A DNA stretch of 64,000 bases, from contig MU008161.1 of NCBI GenBank assembly GCA_010909165.1, positions 434,001 to 498,000 of the forward strand. Direction: 5' to 3'. Under the pieces are notes generated by a model that saw only the letters and a program-made list of their open reading frames with translations, made no database searches and was not told where the DNA came from. Position numbers and translations under genes: made by a program. Every line of letters begins with the position of its first letter. Position 1 is the stretch's first letter. This DNA comes from Anthoceros angustus (taxonomy: Eukaryota > Plantae > Anthocerotophyta). Positions 51,631 to 63,384 of the stretch are shown piece after piece.

Positions 51631-54394
51631 AAGCCCTCGGCACCCTCGCATGGAAGGACGAGGGAGGATCTTGAGAGGAAGGGGGTGCAACCGGGCATTC
51701 GGGAACCAAGGGAGGCTCGTGGATGAACCCGTGGCTAGCCGGCGAGGAGGCATGCCCGAGGCGCATGGTGCTCCTCCGTGAGCAGCTGGAGGGAGCCGGA
51801 GGCGAGAAGGAAGGCCAAGCTCTCGGATTGAGGAAGGAAAACGCCGGAGGCGGAGAGGAGGTCCGTCCATCCGCAAGGACCGGACCAAATTCCTTCACCG
51901 AGGAACAGCGGCCAAAGGAGGCCCAAGCGCGGGCGGAGGACCTCGCAGCAGAGGGGCGAGCAACAGAAGCGAGGACGCAAGCAACGGGCGCGGATCTCGC
52001 GAGGCGACGACCAGAGCTGCCGAGAGGCTCGGTGAAGGTGGCCAAGGAGGCGGAGGCCACGGCGGCGGCCGATCGCGATCACTATCGGCGTGATCGAACC
52101 GTGGAGGGAGGCGGCCGAGAGAGCCGCGCCAATCAAGCCGAGCAAGTGGTCAGGAGCAAGCACGGCCGAGCCGTGAGGAGGCGCTGGAGGCCAGCACCCG
52201 GGAGATTGGGGTGCAGGAGGTAGAAGGGCGGCGTGGAGCCGGAGGACAACAAGGACACCTTGGAGTTGCAACCCAAGATGCACGGAGCAAAAGCAGGGGT
52301 TCTCAGCGAGAATCCAAGACTTCGAGCGAGAGGTGGAACGCCCAGCCCGCTTGAAGACGGAGGAGAATAGGGCGGCAAGGAGTTCGGCGTCGCAAGGTTG
52401 CAGCAGGATGTGGAAGCCGTGAGCCTGACGGGATACCGCCCGCCTGAGAAGGAAGTGGAGGACCTCCGGAAAGAATAGACGAAGGAGGAAAGCACCGGAG
52501 GAGGCGGAGAAGGAGCTCGCGCCAAAAGGGCCAAGGAGGCGGAGAAGGAGCTCACCATGGCCCGCAAATGGCGAGGAACAACGACGGAGGAGGAGAACGC
52601 CGCAAAGCAGCAAGGTTGCAAGAGGTAACGGAGGCAGCCTTGACGGCCTCAAGGGAGTCCGCCCGCCACACCGTAAGCTTGGCCACGGAGGCCAAGCAGT
52701 GGGCGATCCGCCTGCCACGAGCACCTGGAGGAGGGAGTACCGGGTGCCCGGCTCATGGAGGAGGCGATTCAAAGAAGTCGATTCCGACTTCGCTTACTAC
52801 CACGCAGAGCTCCTCAAGGCTCGAGGTCCCGCGCCACCCCAGGAGGTGGACTGGAAGGATGGAAGGAGGAGCGAGAGGACGGACCCGGGACAAGACAACC
52901 TGGAGTCCTAGGAGCCTGCTTGACGACGGAGGAGAAGGCGAAGGAGAGCAGCTGGAGGAACCGGGAGGAGGAAGGGCGCCACACCGAGGTAAGCCACTCG
53001 CATGGAAGGACGAGGGAGGATCTTGAGAGGAAGGGAAAGGGTGCAACCGGGCATTCGGGAACCAAGGGAGGCTCGTGGATGAACCCGTGGCTAGCCGGCG
53101 AGGAGGCATGCCCGAGGCGAGGTCGGACTTTGTCCGGACTCGAGGAAAGGCCGGATCAGGTCCGGCCCCGAAGTCTGGACTTAGGGATCCAGACTCTAGT
53201 GACGGACCACGAGGTCCGGACCCGGAAGGTTGGGTCAGGCCGGACCCGAGGCAGTCCGGTCCCAGGCCGGACTCGAGGCAGGCCAGGCCGGACCCGGAGG
53301 ACGGACCTAGAGGTCCGGACTCGAGTCGAGACAGGTCCCGAGGTCCAAACTCGGGAGTGGGGAGAGCCGATCACCAGCAGATCCAACCTTGAGGGCCCAC
53401 TGCGCGGGGGCCAGGAGAGAAGAGGGAGGACGAGGAAGACTTGGTGGTGACCGCGTTGTCGAGCCGCCGGTGGCGCTGAGACCCTCGGGAAGAGGAAGGG
53501 TCCGCCTCGCGGATCATCCGATTGGTGCGCGCAGCGAGCTCGGCTTTGGGCCGGTGCCAAGAAGGAATGAGGGCCATCCAGCCCACCACCGGCGGCGATA
53601 GGCGGAATAGGCGTAGTAGGCGCGGTTAGGGCCGGTGGCCCTCGGCTCGAATAGAGGTGTAATAAAGGCGCCGACCTTGGTAGTATAAGAGGGCTAAGGC
53701 CACAGATAAATCATCTTTCTCTTGGTGTTGATGCGTTCTTGCGGACCTTTGTGTGTCTTCTTGCTAACGTGAGTCTGAGTCAGGCGAGCACGGCTCGGGA
53801 GATTGATCGAGGTCACGGTGGCGGACCTAACGTGTTGTGGTGTGTGCGAGGAAGACTTGGTGGTGACCCGTGCTCGTCGGAGCGGCCCGGCGAGCAACGG
53901 GCGTGAGCCGGAGGAACTCGGGAGGCGTCTGAGCCGGACGGAGAGGCCCGCGAACGACGAGGAGGTCGGGGTTGTGTAACCAGCGTCTTTTCTAAGGGTG
54001 TAGCGTGAGGAGAGGAAGAAGGATGTGTGAGTGACGGATGTGAGCGATCTGACCGAACAGGTCCTAAGCGTTTAGCCATCCCTGTCACGGTGAACGTTGT
54101 GAGTAGTTAGGAGTATGTGTGTGTTGAGGTGAGCAGCGCTAAGGGCGGTAGGAATCACAGCAGCGATGGAGCCTATCATTCCTTGGGAGCGGACTTCTTC
54201 CTAGCGACAGGATTATGCGCGCCGGCCGCCATCGGAAAGTCGCGCCACAACTCTTAAAGTCCCTTCGCTTCTCCTTTGAATTTGTCCTCAACGCAGAGTG
54301 AGCCCGCCTCCACGAACTTAGACATAGGCAAATAATATTATGTTTAGGTTACAAGTATAAATACATATATATACATACATAATATGTGTTTTAG

Positions 54395-54396
<2 letters not shown>

Positions 54397-54487
<91 letters not shown>
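54397..54487. repeat. (AT)n microsatellite
   Basis: Visible directly. Confidence 0.98.
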
Positions 54488-54489
<2 letters not shown>

Positions 54490-54876
54490 AATATACACAA
54501 CAATTCGGCCTACAAACCATATATATAGATAGACATATAAATAATCTAAAATCCTACTATACACAATCAGGTAAAAACAAGAGTTTCAGTTGTGTATGTG
54601 GAGCTTAAAAACAAAACTAAATGTGGACACAAGGGTGCATTGAAGAGGGAAGGTAGATTATAAACGCATAGCATAGCCATGCAAAGCCATGCAAAGAAGG
54701 CAAAATGGAAAGAGAATGACACCCACAGGGAGAGAGATAGAGTTCCTGGTTACTATCATGTAGGAAAAGCAAGAGGGGAAGAATAAAATAATAGTGTGAG
54801 AGGGGAGCTCATTGTCACAATCATGTTGCAAGACAAAGAGGGAAAAATTATAAAATGGGTGTCATACTGGAGCATT

Positions 54877-55300
54877 AACTAGAAGTGTGAGGTGAAAGGA
54901 GAGACCAGAAGCAGGTTGTTAAGATGGTGAGAGAAGGTGGAGAAGAAAATCACAAACTTAACACCAAGCCAACAAACTTAATGCTAAGTTCTTAATGGTG
55001 AGGTGAAAGGTCGAGAGACCACTTGCATGTTGTTAAGATGCTGAGAGAAGGTGGAGAAGAAAATCACAAACTTAACACCAAGCCAACTAACTTAATGCGT
55101 GTTGCAAATGGAAAGTGTTACATGAAATTGTAACAAAGGACTGTAACATAAGCAGGTTTTCATAGTATATGTTTGAAAGCATAAACATTGCTTGTGAGAG
55201 AGAGGGTGTACTTAGGAGGGTGAGGTGATGAGAGAGAGAGCCAGGTTCGTGTTAAGATGGTGACATCATGAGAAGGAAATAGTGTCAAACTTTATACCAA
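54877..55300. repeat. ~120-bp direct repeats in the CACTA right subterminal region
   Basis: GTTAAGATG.TGAGAGAAGGTGGAGAAGAAAATCACAAACTTAACACCAAGCCAAC occurs twice, with a third diverged copy near 55250. Confidence 0.8.
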
Positions 55301-55382
55301 GTCTACAGAATATGTTGCAATTTGGAAGTGTAACATAAAATTGCAACAACGATTATAACATAGGCTACCTTTTCTAGTAGGG

Positions 55383-56900
55383 ATGCATCCTTCAGGAAAG
55401 CCATTTCTACATGATATTTACAACAACATACATTCCTTTCGTGCAAGCTTTTCACATAGTGTGGCTTCAATTTCTCAAAAGCTCGTTGTCCAATCATTAG
55501 GGTGCTCTGCTTGAAACTGTAAGAAGAATTTAGTTTGCCATCCATCCAGAAGTAGGACAAAGTGTCAGATACAGTCACCACCAATCGCCATAGTCAGGAC
55601 CACCACTGACCACAACCAGTGCCACTACTTTCCACTTTGAAAACCACCACTGTCCACAGTGAACACCACCCCTCACCACAGTTTCACTAGACCACCACTC
55701 ACCATGGTCACGACCACCATTGTCCGCATTCAGGACCACCATTGTCCACAATGAAGATCACTACCCCTCGCCACAATATAGACCATCACTGACCATGGTG
55801 AAGACCACCACTACCCACATTCAGGACCACCACGCTCCACAGTAAACACGACCACCCTCCGCAATTAGGTCCAACACTCTCGACAGCGAGGATCACCATA
55901 GTCCACATGAAGACACCACTCCCCACGTGAGGGCCACCACTCTCCACAGCCACGATCACCTTAATCCACATGAAAACACCACTCACCACGTGAGGACCAC
56001 CACTCTCCACAGCCAGAATCACCACAATCCACATTAAACACCTTTCCCCACGTGATGAGGACCACCACTCTCCACAACCAGGATCACCACAATCTACATG
56101 AAAACACCACTGACCACATGAAAAACACCACTCTCCACAGCAAGGATCACCACTGTCCATAATGAGGATCACCATAGCCCACATAAAAAACACCCCTCTC
56201 CACATGAAAAACACCACCCTTCACAGCCAAGAACACCACTTCCCACAATCCTTGCACACCACTCTCCACAGCCGAGACCACCACTCTTGACACTGAGGAC
56301 CACCACTCTCCACGGTCACCAACACCAGCCACCATTGCTAGGAACACCATTGGCAGCAATCGAGCCTACCGCCCTCGCTAGTGAAGGACATCATTATCCA
56401 CAAGTAAGTACCAGTTGTCTCCACTACGAGGAACACCCATCTCCACAATCAAGCCCACCATATTCAGGAGCCAGGAGAAAGGACCACGATCCTCGGTGGT
56501 GCTCAACCTGCGCAAAGTGAACAGCTCGGCATTGTTCTGAGTACCACAGCAAGAACCTCATGAACTGCTATATGGATGACCTAGAACTTTTCGTAGGCTT
56601 GTGCGTGCAGGCTACCATCCACCCCAACAGAATTCAGCTGGGAAGCACTATTGCATGTGCAGGCAAAGACTATGAAAATGCCCAAACACCACATTTTCCT
56701 AGTTGCATAAATGGGGAAAAAGTAAACCAAAGCTGCAGCAATTGGAATAGAAAAACAATGGTGCGAACAGCCCACAACCAGCCCACTGCAACAAACCATC
56801 ATTCGTTCCTCACCTGTGACATATCCAGGAAGTGGACAATGTGCTTGTCGAACGTCTTCGGGGCAACTCTCAGGCGCTTGATAAAGACATAGAGGTGATG
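55383..56900 (-). pseudogene. Sola2-like transposase, N-terminal exons
   Basis: KRLRVAPKTFDKHIVHFLDMSQ|GT (~56810-56880) and IGQRAFEKLKPHYVKSLHERNVCCCKYHVEMAFLKDA (55383-55500), which continues as LNSVRH after the CACTA element is removed. Confidence 0.7.
55590..56320 (-). repeat. Diverged ~22-bp tandem array, same family as 16410-17060 but inverted
   Basis: Units such as GAGGACCACCACTCTCCACAGC are the revcomp of GCTGTGGAGAGTGGTGGTCCTC. Confidence 0.85.
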
Positions 56901-57474
56901 TCGTGGTTGTTCTACAAGGTAAAATAAATAGCATTTACTAAGTATACTTACGTTAATCACATCAAGTGTACAAATGTTCACTTACACATAGGCTCCGATG
57001 TAGTGATATCCCGTGGAGGGGGCGACATTCGATATCCCGCCTTCGTGCACTCAGGCATTGGGCTCTACCACTCCAGTAACTCGTTTGCATATAATTCATA
57101 TGCTTTCATTGTATATATAAAAATCTTAAACTGCGAAACGCTCTCTCCTTTTTATCCAGCGTTGGACTTCATACAGGCTCGGGATCGGCATATGCCGCGG
57201 AAGGCGGCAGGGGAGGCGCACTGGGAGCTGGAGGAGGGGTGTGGAGCTGCATCCGGCACGGCGGTAGGGTTTGGCGGATTAGGGAGATGGCGGATGATGC
57301 ATCGCCGCATGGCAATGCCTCAGCAGCAGCTCTTGCACGACTGGGCAAGGGCGGTACTTTGTTGGACTCCCTCTCATGGTGTGGCCCTGGAAGATCTACA
57401 AGGAGCTCTACATTGTCTAGCATTTTGAGATGGTGGTGAAGGTATCTTGCAAATTTTCCATGGCTATTCTGTAG

Positions 57475-57560
57475 GCTCAGCTTGAGCTGGGAGGGAAAGA
57501 CCCTGTCTACATGAGGCAGGATGTGCAAGACGTTGCAATGTCTGCAGCCCCGTGCGATGA
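57475..57560 (+). pseudogene. Aldehyde dehydrogenase gene fragment
   Basis: After a TAG acceptor (57474) the frame reads AQLELGGKDPVYMRQDVQDVAMSAA, the ALDH catalytic-Glu motif; no catalytic Cys motif follows. Confidence 0.55.
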
Positions 57561-60560
57561 CGTCTCTAGCCGATTTGAGGCAAGCTCTGCCATATCTGCT
57601 GGCCAGATTGCAGGACGAATGCTGGGCACGGGCACGGGCAAGGGCATGGGCTACGGTATACCTCTGCTGATTTCTTTTTCCGAGCTAGGCAATGCAACTG
57701 CGTAAGGACAGTCAGTATGTGGGCTGATGGGCTCTTGATGTGTGCTTGGACTCGAGGTCTTGATGGGTTTCTTTTGAAGTCTGGGAACTCTAGGTCTTGC
57801 TATGAGAAGAGAAGACAACATCAATTACGGGAGACCGTGGACTCAATGCTTTGCATTTGAAGGTAACACATAAATTGCATTGCACCATGCTTACTACTTT
57901 CCCAAGCTACTTCTGCTGACACCTCAGCTTTTTGCACAGGATCACTAAGCTTTTTTATCCCTTTCCAAGAACTTGATGTGGATGTCTCACAGATTCTTAG
58001 AATAGCCTTCCTATGTTTTGGCCGTGTTGTTGCAACAGACTGGGCAAATGTATCCATCATTGAAAATGTTCACAATATGACTCCGTACCGTTGTTTAGTC
58101 CCGTAGGTAGTATTTGAATAACTTATATTGTTATTTTACAATGATAGCTTTTATAAGGGTTGTTCCTCTTGTCATGGGGTAGATGGATTTTCCCATCCTT
58201 TTTTAACAATAAAGTCTCCATCTGTTCAAGCTGAATAGGAAATGGAATCCAGGAATTCAATTCGGAATAAGCTTAGCACCTTCGTCAATTTTAATCGACC
58301 ACATATTACTTTGCAGGCGACAGCTAACTACGGCATTGAAGCATCCGGAGTCCACGAAGTGTGAGCGCTTGGATAAATCATCTGCATCTCCCCAAGCGGG
58401 AAATATGTACATATCGCTCAAGCACGCAACTCATAAACGCCCGGAAACACGAGCACCACTAGACCTGGCGCTTGGAAATTAACACGAAAAACCCGGGTGA
58501 GCCGGGGCGGAATTATGAGAGGACGCCTGCCAGCTTCCAATCACCCGTCTCAAGCTTCTATGGTCTTTTTTTCTGAATGACAAGAGGCATAGAAAATCAT
58601 CGTTTTCCACATATACATGCTACAAAACAGATTGTTTTAGTTGGAAATCGGCATACCACCGTAAGTAACACCAGTTCAGTACTAGCGGGATCCGAGCATC
58701 GTGGCGTGGAGTGCAAACAAGCGGGACGTGACCTTATTAAGCAGAAGCGAAGCTTGTTATTGCTGAAGAGCTGTAGGCCAAGTTAGTTATACTCGTTTGG
58801 TGCCTGCATTATCTGGCCCTTGAGTAGCATCGGTTTCCAGTCAGGTGATGTATGTGTCTACTCCTGTGGCTTCTTGTCTATAGGCTAGACTCACTTGCAG
58901 AATGCAGGTGTCTGTCCTGGCAGAACTTCGTGCAGAGTGTGGAGTAACTTTTGCAATCCGGCTTTCTTTTTCTCGGCAAGTGGTTTAGGAAATGGCAAAA
59001 CAAAAACGAAGCACAGAAGAGACACATGGGAAGGAAATCGCATTGACACAAGTCGTTGATCACGGTAGCTGTCAGGCCTTTGAACGGTTTAGGTTTGAGC
59101 AGATTTGTCAGTTTCTATGTGTACGCGGAGCGAGACAGTTGGATAGCTATTCGTGCACGCCAGAAGCAGAAAGCAACTCCCTACTTTTGTCTCAGCGCGG
59201 GTTCGGGAATTAAAGGGATGGTGCAGGTGCCAGGCAGTGTGAAATCTTCCAGACTACAGACTCCGACTCGTGCACTGTAATGCCGCACCCATCCGTATCT
59301 TCGCAGGCATAGCTTTCATTTTAGAAGCCTTCTCGATCCGGTCTCCAGAAACCAGAGCAGCCATGCCGCTGTGGTGTCCTTCCTGGAGCCTTCCGAACAC
59401 GAAAGGGAACAGTGTTTGTGCATGGGACGCCGTCTGCTGTGAAGTGGATGGCCGAGAAAACAATGTTTGCAACAAGTCGGAGCACCAGAAGCGGCTGCCA
59501 AGTGGGACATGGCCGTTGGGTCACGAGCTACCGGCCATACCCGAGGGTTCTCCCACGGCAACGCCCCTGTGAAAGCCATGACCCATTTCACCACGTGCTG
59601 CCAGACAGGAAACCAACGCCCACTAGCGCGCGGCCCCGATGTGGATCCACCGAGCTAGTAGACGATCGCCACCTACCATATTTCGCACTTCGTTCTCAGA
59701 GGGCTGGCGTGTGGCCTGTACCCTCCTCCCGCCATGATGGTCAAACTTCTACGGTGATGTTGTAGCTGGGACAGCGGGCACGGTAGGTATACCACTTGGT
59801 CGCTGATTGATGAGCATTCCTGCTCCGATTTCCCAACAAGTGTAAGGCAAGGGCGAAGAGTGATGGAGATCGCTGCCGACTCCCCTACCTTGACTTCACA
59901 ACCCACTTTGTGACTTCCCCTGTCATCCCTGTCTCTCCGTCAGCCTCATCGATTGCAGCGCTTACAGAACGGAATCATAACGTCACTGCCAGCAACCCCC
60001 CCAGCTTAAGGATTGTTTAAAGTCCCAGATTCCCGAAAAGATCCTGGAACTGCCCTCGCCGACCCTCCACCAGTCGCCACAAGAAAGCATTCGTACCTAA
60101 GCGTGTAAAACTGAGCAAAAGCGTACTGTCCTCTCCCTGGCCCTGCCCCTTCCCCTGCCATGCGCTTCTTGTCCATTTTGGGTGCCAGAAAAAAGACATC
60201 AGTTGTGGACCCCCTTCCTAACCTGACCTGCGTCATTGTGATTCAATTCCAACCCGGAGTCTCAAAACGCAACAATTTCCCATTTCTGCTCCATTTCCTT
60301 GTCCAACCATTTCAATTTCCGCGCGCTCTCCTCACGTTCGGTGAATTCATGTCTCTGCCGCAACCAGCATGAGCCAACTCCAACTCCATGCCCTGGCCCT
60401 GGCATGAATGAATGAGTAAATGGTGTCACGGAATCCGCCTTCCCGATTCACCCACCCCGAGATCATGGCTTATCCTATCCTCTCTTGGGTCGCCGTCAGG
60501 GGGATTTTTTTTCCCTTCACGGCTTCGACCAGCAGTGAACTGGGCCACCTCTGCCCCGGC

Positions 60561-60624
60561 GCCACGCGTCGCCAAGTACGCCCTCCAAGTGGAGCAAACT
60601 CTGCCACGTGGCTCCTGCCACGTC
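60561..60624 (+). promoter_or_regulatory. G-box/ABRE cluster upstream of the STP gene
   Basis: GCCACGCGTC (60561), perfect palindrome GCCACGTGGC (60603) and GCCACGTC (60617); TATA-like TATAAAT at 61084. Confidence 0.5.
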
Positions 60625-61241
60625 GGCTGGAGGGCCGGCTTGACCGGGCGACCCCACGGGACCGGGTTGGCCCCGCCGCATTGTTGTCCCAACCTCTACG
60701 GCCACCTGCCCGCTGCCCGCGGCGCATTTAAAATGCACCCAACGTGCCTCCTTCTCTCACCCGGGGAAGGAGCTCCTTTCTGTTCTCCTGTTCTCCTGCC
60801 GCTGCGAGGAGAGGAGGAGCGCGCAGTTTGCAGAGCGGGAAGGGGAGCCTCTGAGCGCTTCTGAAGCTCTCGTGGTGTCGTTGTCGAGTTCCCATTTCGA
60901 GCTGCTTGTACGCTTTAAGTGCACGCTGCGTCAGGATAAGGTGAGGATAAGGCAGGAATTAGCAACATTGTGCTGGAGTATTAAATTCCTCTTCGGGCCG
61001 TGGGAAGTACCAGCGCCGGCTTGTGGATTAGCACAAGCAGCTGGCAGAGTGGATGAGGATGAGGAGCAGGATGCATTTCTGCGTATAAATTCCCTCCCCG
61101 CACTCGCACTCGCACTCGCACTCGCTGCACTTCTACACCATTTGCGCGATTCTGCTCGATCCATCCGGGGGCGGCTTTGCTTCCTGTGTTTCCTCTCCGG
61201 CAGGCGGAACGTGAGTCTCGGCCTGCTCCGGAGTCGTCACC

Positions 61242-63384
61242 ATGGTGGGAGGGGGCCCCATGCTCACGCAGAGGCGGGAGGGAGGCCGGACGATCAATGA
61301 CGGGAAGGTCACGGCCTACATCATCCTGGTGAGCATCATGGCGGGGAGCGGCGGGCTCATGTTCGGATACGATGTGGGAATTTCAGGTAGGAGGTTTCGT
61401 TTTGTCTCTGCTGGTCCGGGTGATTGGAATGCTGGGATGTGCGGCTTGCTTGTCGGTGCCAGTGCTGACGGCGTCCGGGGACGATGGATGGCAGGGGGTG
61501 TGACGTCCATGAACTCCTTTCTGGGGAAGTTCTTTCCCAAGGTGCTGCGGAGGACGCTGAGCCCGCAGAATCCCAACAGCTACTGCAAGTACGACAACCA
61601 GCTGGTGCAGCTCTTCACGTCCTCGCTCTACATCGCGGGCCTTATCTCGACCTTCTTCGCATCCTACACCACCAAGCGGTTCGGGCGCCGGGTCACCATG
61701 CAAATCGCCGGCGTGAGCTATCTGGTGGGCACGGCTGTGGCCGCCGGCGCAGCCGAGATCGGGATGCTGATTGTGGGAAGAATTTTCCTCGGGATTGGCG
61801 TCGGCTTCGCGAATCAGGTACGCTGGAGGGAATGGTCCATCGGATGCATGTGAGTGTAGCTGTCGCGGTTATGATCGGCGCGGGAAGTGGAGCGTGAGCG
61901 TGCTAGTGGTGACACTGACATGAAAGGAGGATCGCAATTTTTTAATTGCTTTTGTTTGATGCGCAGGCGGTGCCGCTGTACTTGTCGGAGATGGCGCCAC
62001 CCAAGCTTCGGGGTGCCTTGAACATTCTGTTTCAGCTCTTCATCACCATTGGGATTTTGATTGCCAACTTGGTGAACTACGGCACGGCCAAGATCGACCC
62101 CTGGGGATGGCGCTTGTCCTTCGCAGGAGCCGGCGTGCCGGCTCTTATCCTCGGGATCGGTGGCATCGTCTTGCCTGACACTCCCAACTCCTTGATCGAA
62201 AGAGGGAAGGTGGAGGAAGGGAGGCGAGTGCTGAAGAAAGTTCGGGGGACGGACGATGTGGAGGAGGAAATAGCGGAGCTCATCGAAGCCAGTGAAGCAG
62301 CGAAGCAGGTACAGCTGGCTCGCAAACATTTGAAGCAAATGCGCATGTCGGTTCATTTTGTCTGAGGCTGTTTGTTTTCTCTCGTCCCTGCCCTGGCCAG
62401 GTGACGAATCCATGGAAGAATATCTTGCTGAGAAGGAATCGACCGCAGCTGGTCATCACCGTTCTGTTTCAGCTGTTCCAGCAGATGACTGGGATCAACG
62501 CCATCATGTTCTACGCTCCTCCCTTGTTCCAGACGCTTGGCTTCAAGTCGGATGCTGCGCTTTACTCCGCCATCATCACAGGAGTGGTGAACGTGTTTTC
62601 AACCGTGGTGTCGGTGGTGAGTGTTGACCGCCTGGGCCGCAGAAAGCTGCTGTTGGAGTCCGGGTTTCAGATGTTCATTTCCATGGTAAGCACATGCTGA
62701 AACACATGCTACGCCTTGATATTCCTGCTGTTCCATTTGATACTCGCCGAGTTGGTTGATGGTGAACTGGTGTTGCCTCCCTGTGCTCTGCAGGTGGCTA
62801 TCGCTGTCCTCCTTGGTACCGGTATCAAAGATGGGCAATCCCTGCCCCACGGATCAGCCATCGCCGTGGTGCTGTTTATCTGCGTGTTTGTGTCGGGTTT
62901 TGCGTGGTCATGGGGCCCCCTGGGTTGGCTTGTGCCATCCGAGATTTTCCCTCTGGAAACCCGATCTGCAGGCCAAAGCATCACAGTCTCCTTCAACCTC
63001 TTCTTCACCGGCGCCATTGCTCAGGCTTTTCTTTCCATGCTGTGCGCCATGAAGTATGGTATTTTCCTCTTCTTTGCGGGGTGGGTTGTGGTGATGACCA
63101 TTTTTGTCTATTGGTTTCTACCTGAGACCAAGGGAGTGCCCATCGATGAGATGAAGTACGTGTGGAGGAAGCACTGGTTCTGGAAGAGAGTCGTCCCCAG
63201 CACCGAAGACTCTGATTTCCCTCTTCCCACCATCAAGGGCGCCCAGAATGGAGACCATAAAAAGGACGGGGAAGTGGAGAATGAGGGCATCAAGAGCCCG
63301 CTTCGCAGCCCGCAGAACGGAGTGAAGAGCGACCAAAAGCAACCGCAACCCCGAACTCAGCTCCCAGCGATCCGTGGGAGGTGA
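61242..63384 (+). CDS. STP: Sugar transport protein (MFS hexose/H+ symporter, STP family); exons 61242-61386, 61495-61817, 61967-62308, 62401-62685, 62794-63384
   Basis: [101 protein letters not shown]; all introns GT-AG. Confidence 0.96.

Larger units (their letters stand above)
41879..54249 (+). mobile_element. Ty3/Gypsy (Athila-like) LTR retrotransposon nested in the CACTA element
   Basis: ~1.2-kb LTRs at 41879-43098 and 53042-54249 ending GCGCCACA; PBS TGGCGCCGTTGC at 43102; PPT GAGAGGAAGGGAAAGGG before 53042; RT, RNase H and integrase motifs. Confidence 0.92.
41340..55382. mobile_element. Non-autonomous CACTA/CMC-type DNA transposon with CCCTA termini
   Basis: TIRs CCCTACTAGAAAGGGCAGCCTATGTTA / TAACATAGGCTACCTTTTCTAGTAGGG (2 mismatches in 27); 3-bp TSD ATG; dense TGTTACA/TGTAACA/TGTTGCA subterminal repeats at both ends. 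Confidence 0.9.

Noticed and set aside
57800-60500. Assorted 60-120-aa ORFs upstream of STP
   Set aside because: No motifs or consistent splice pattern; treated as intergenic
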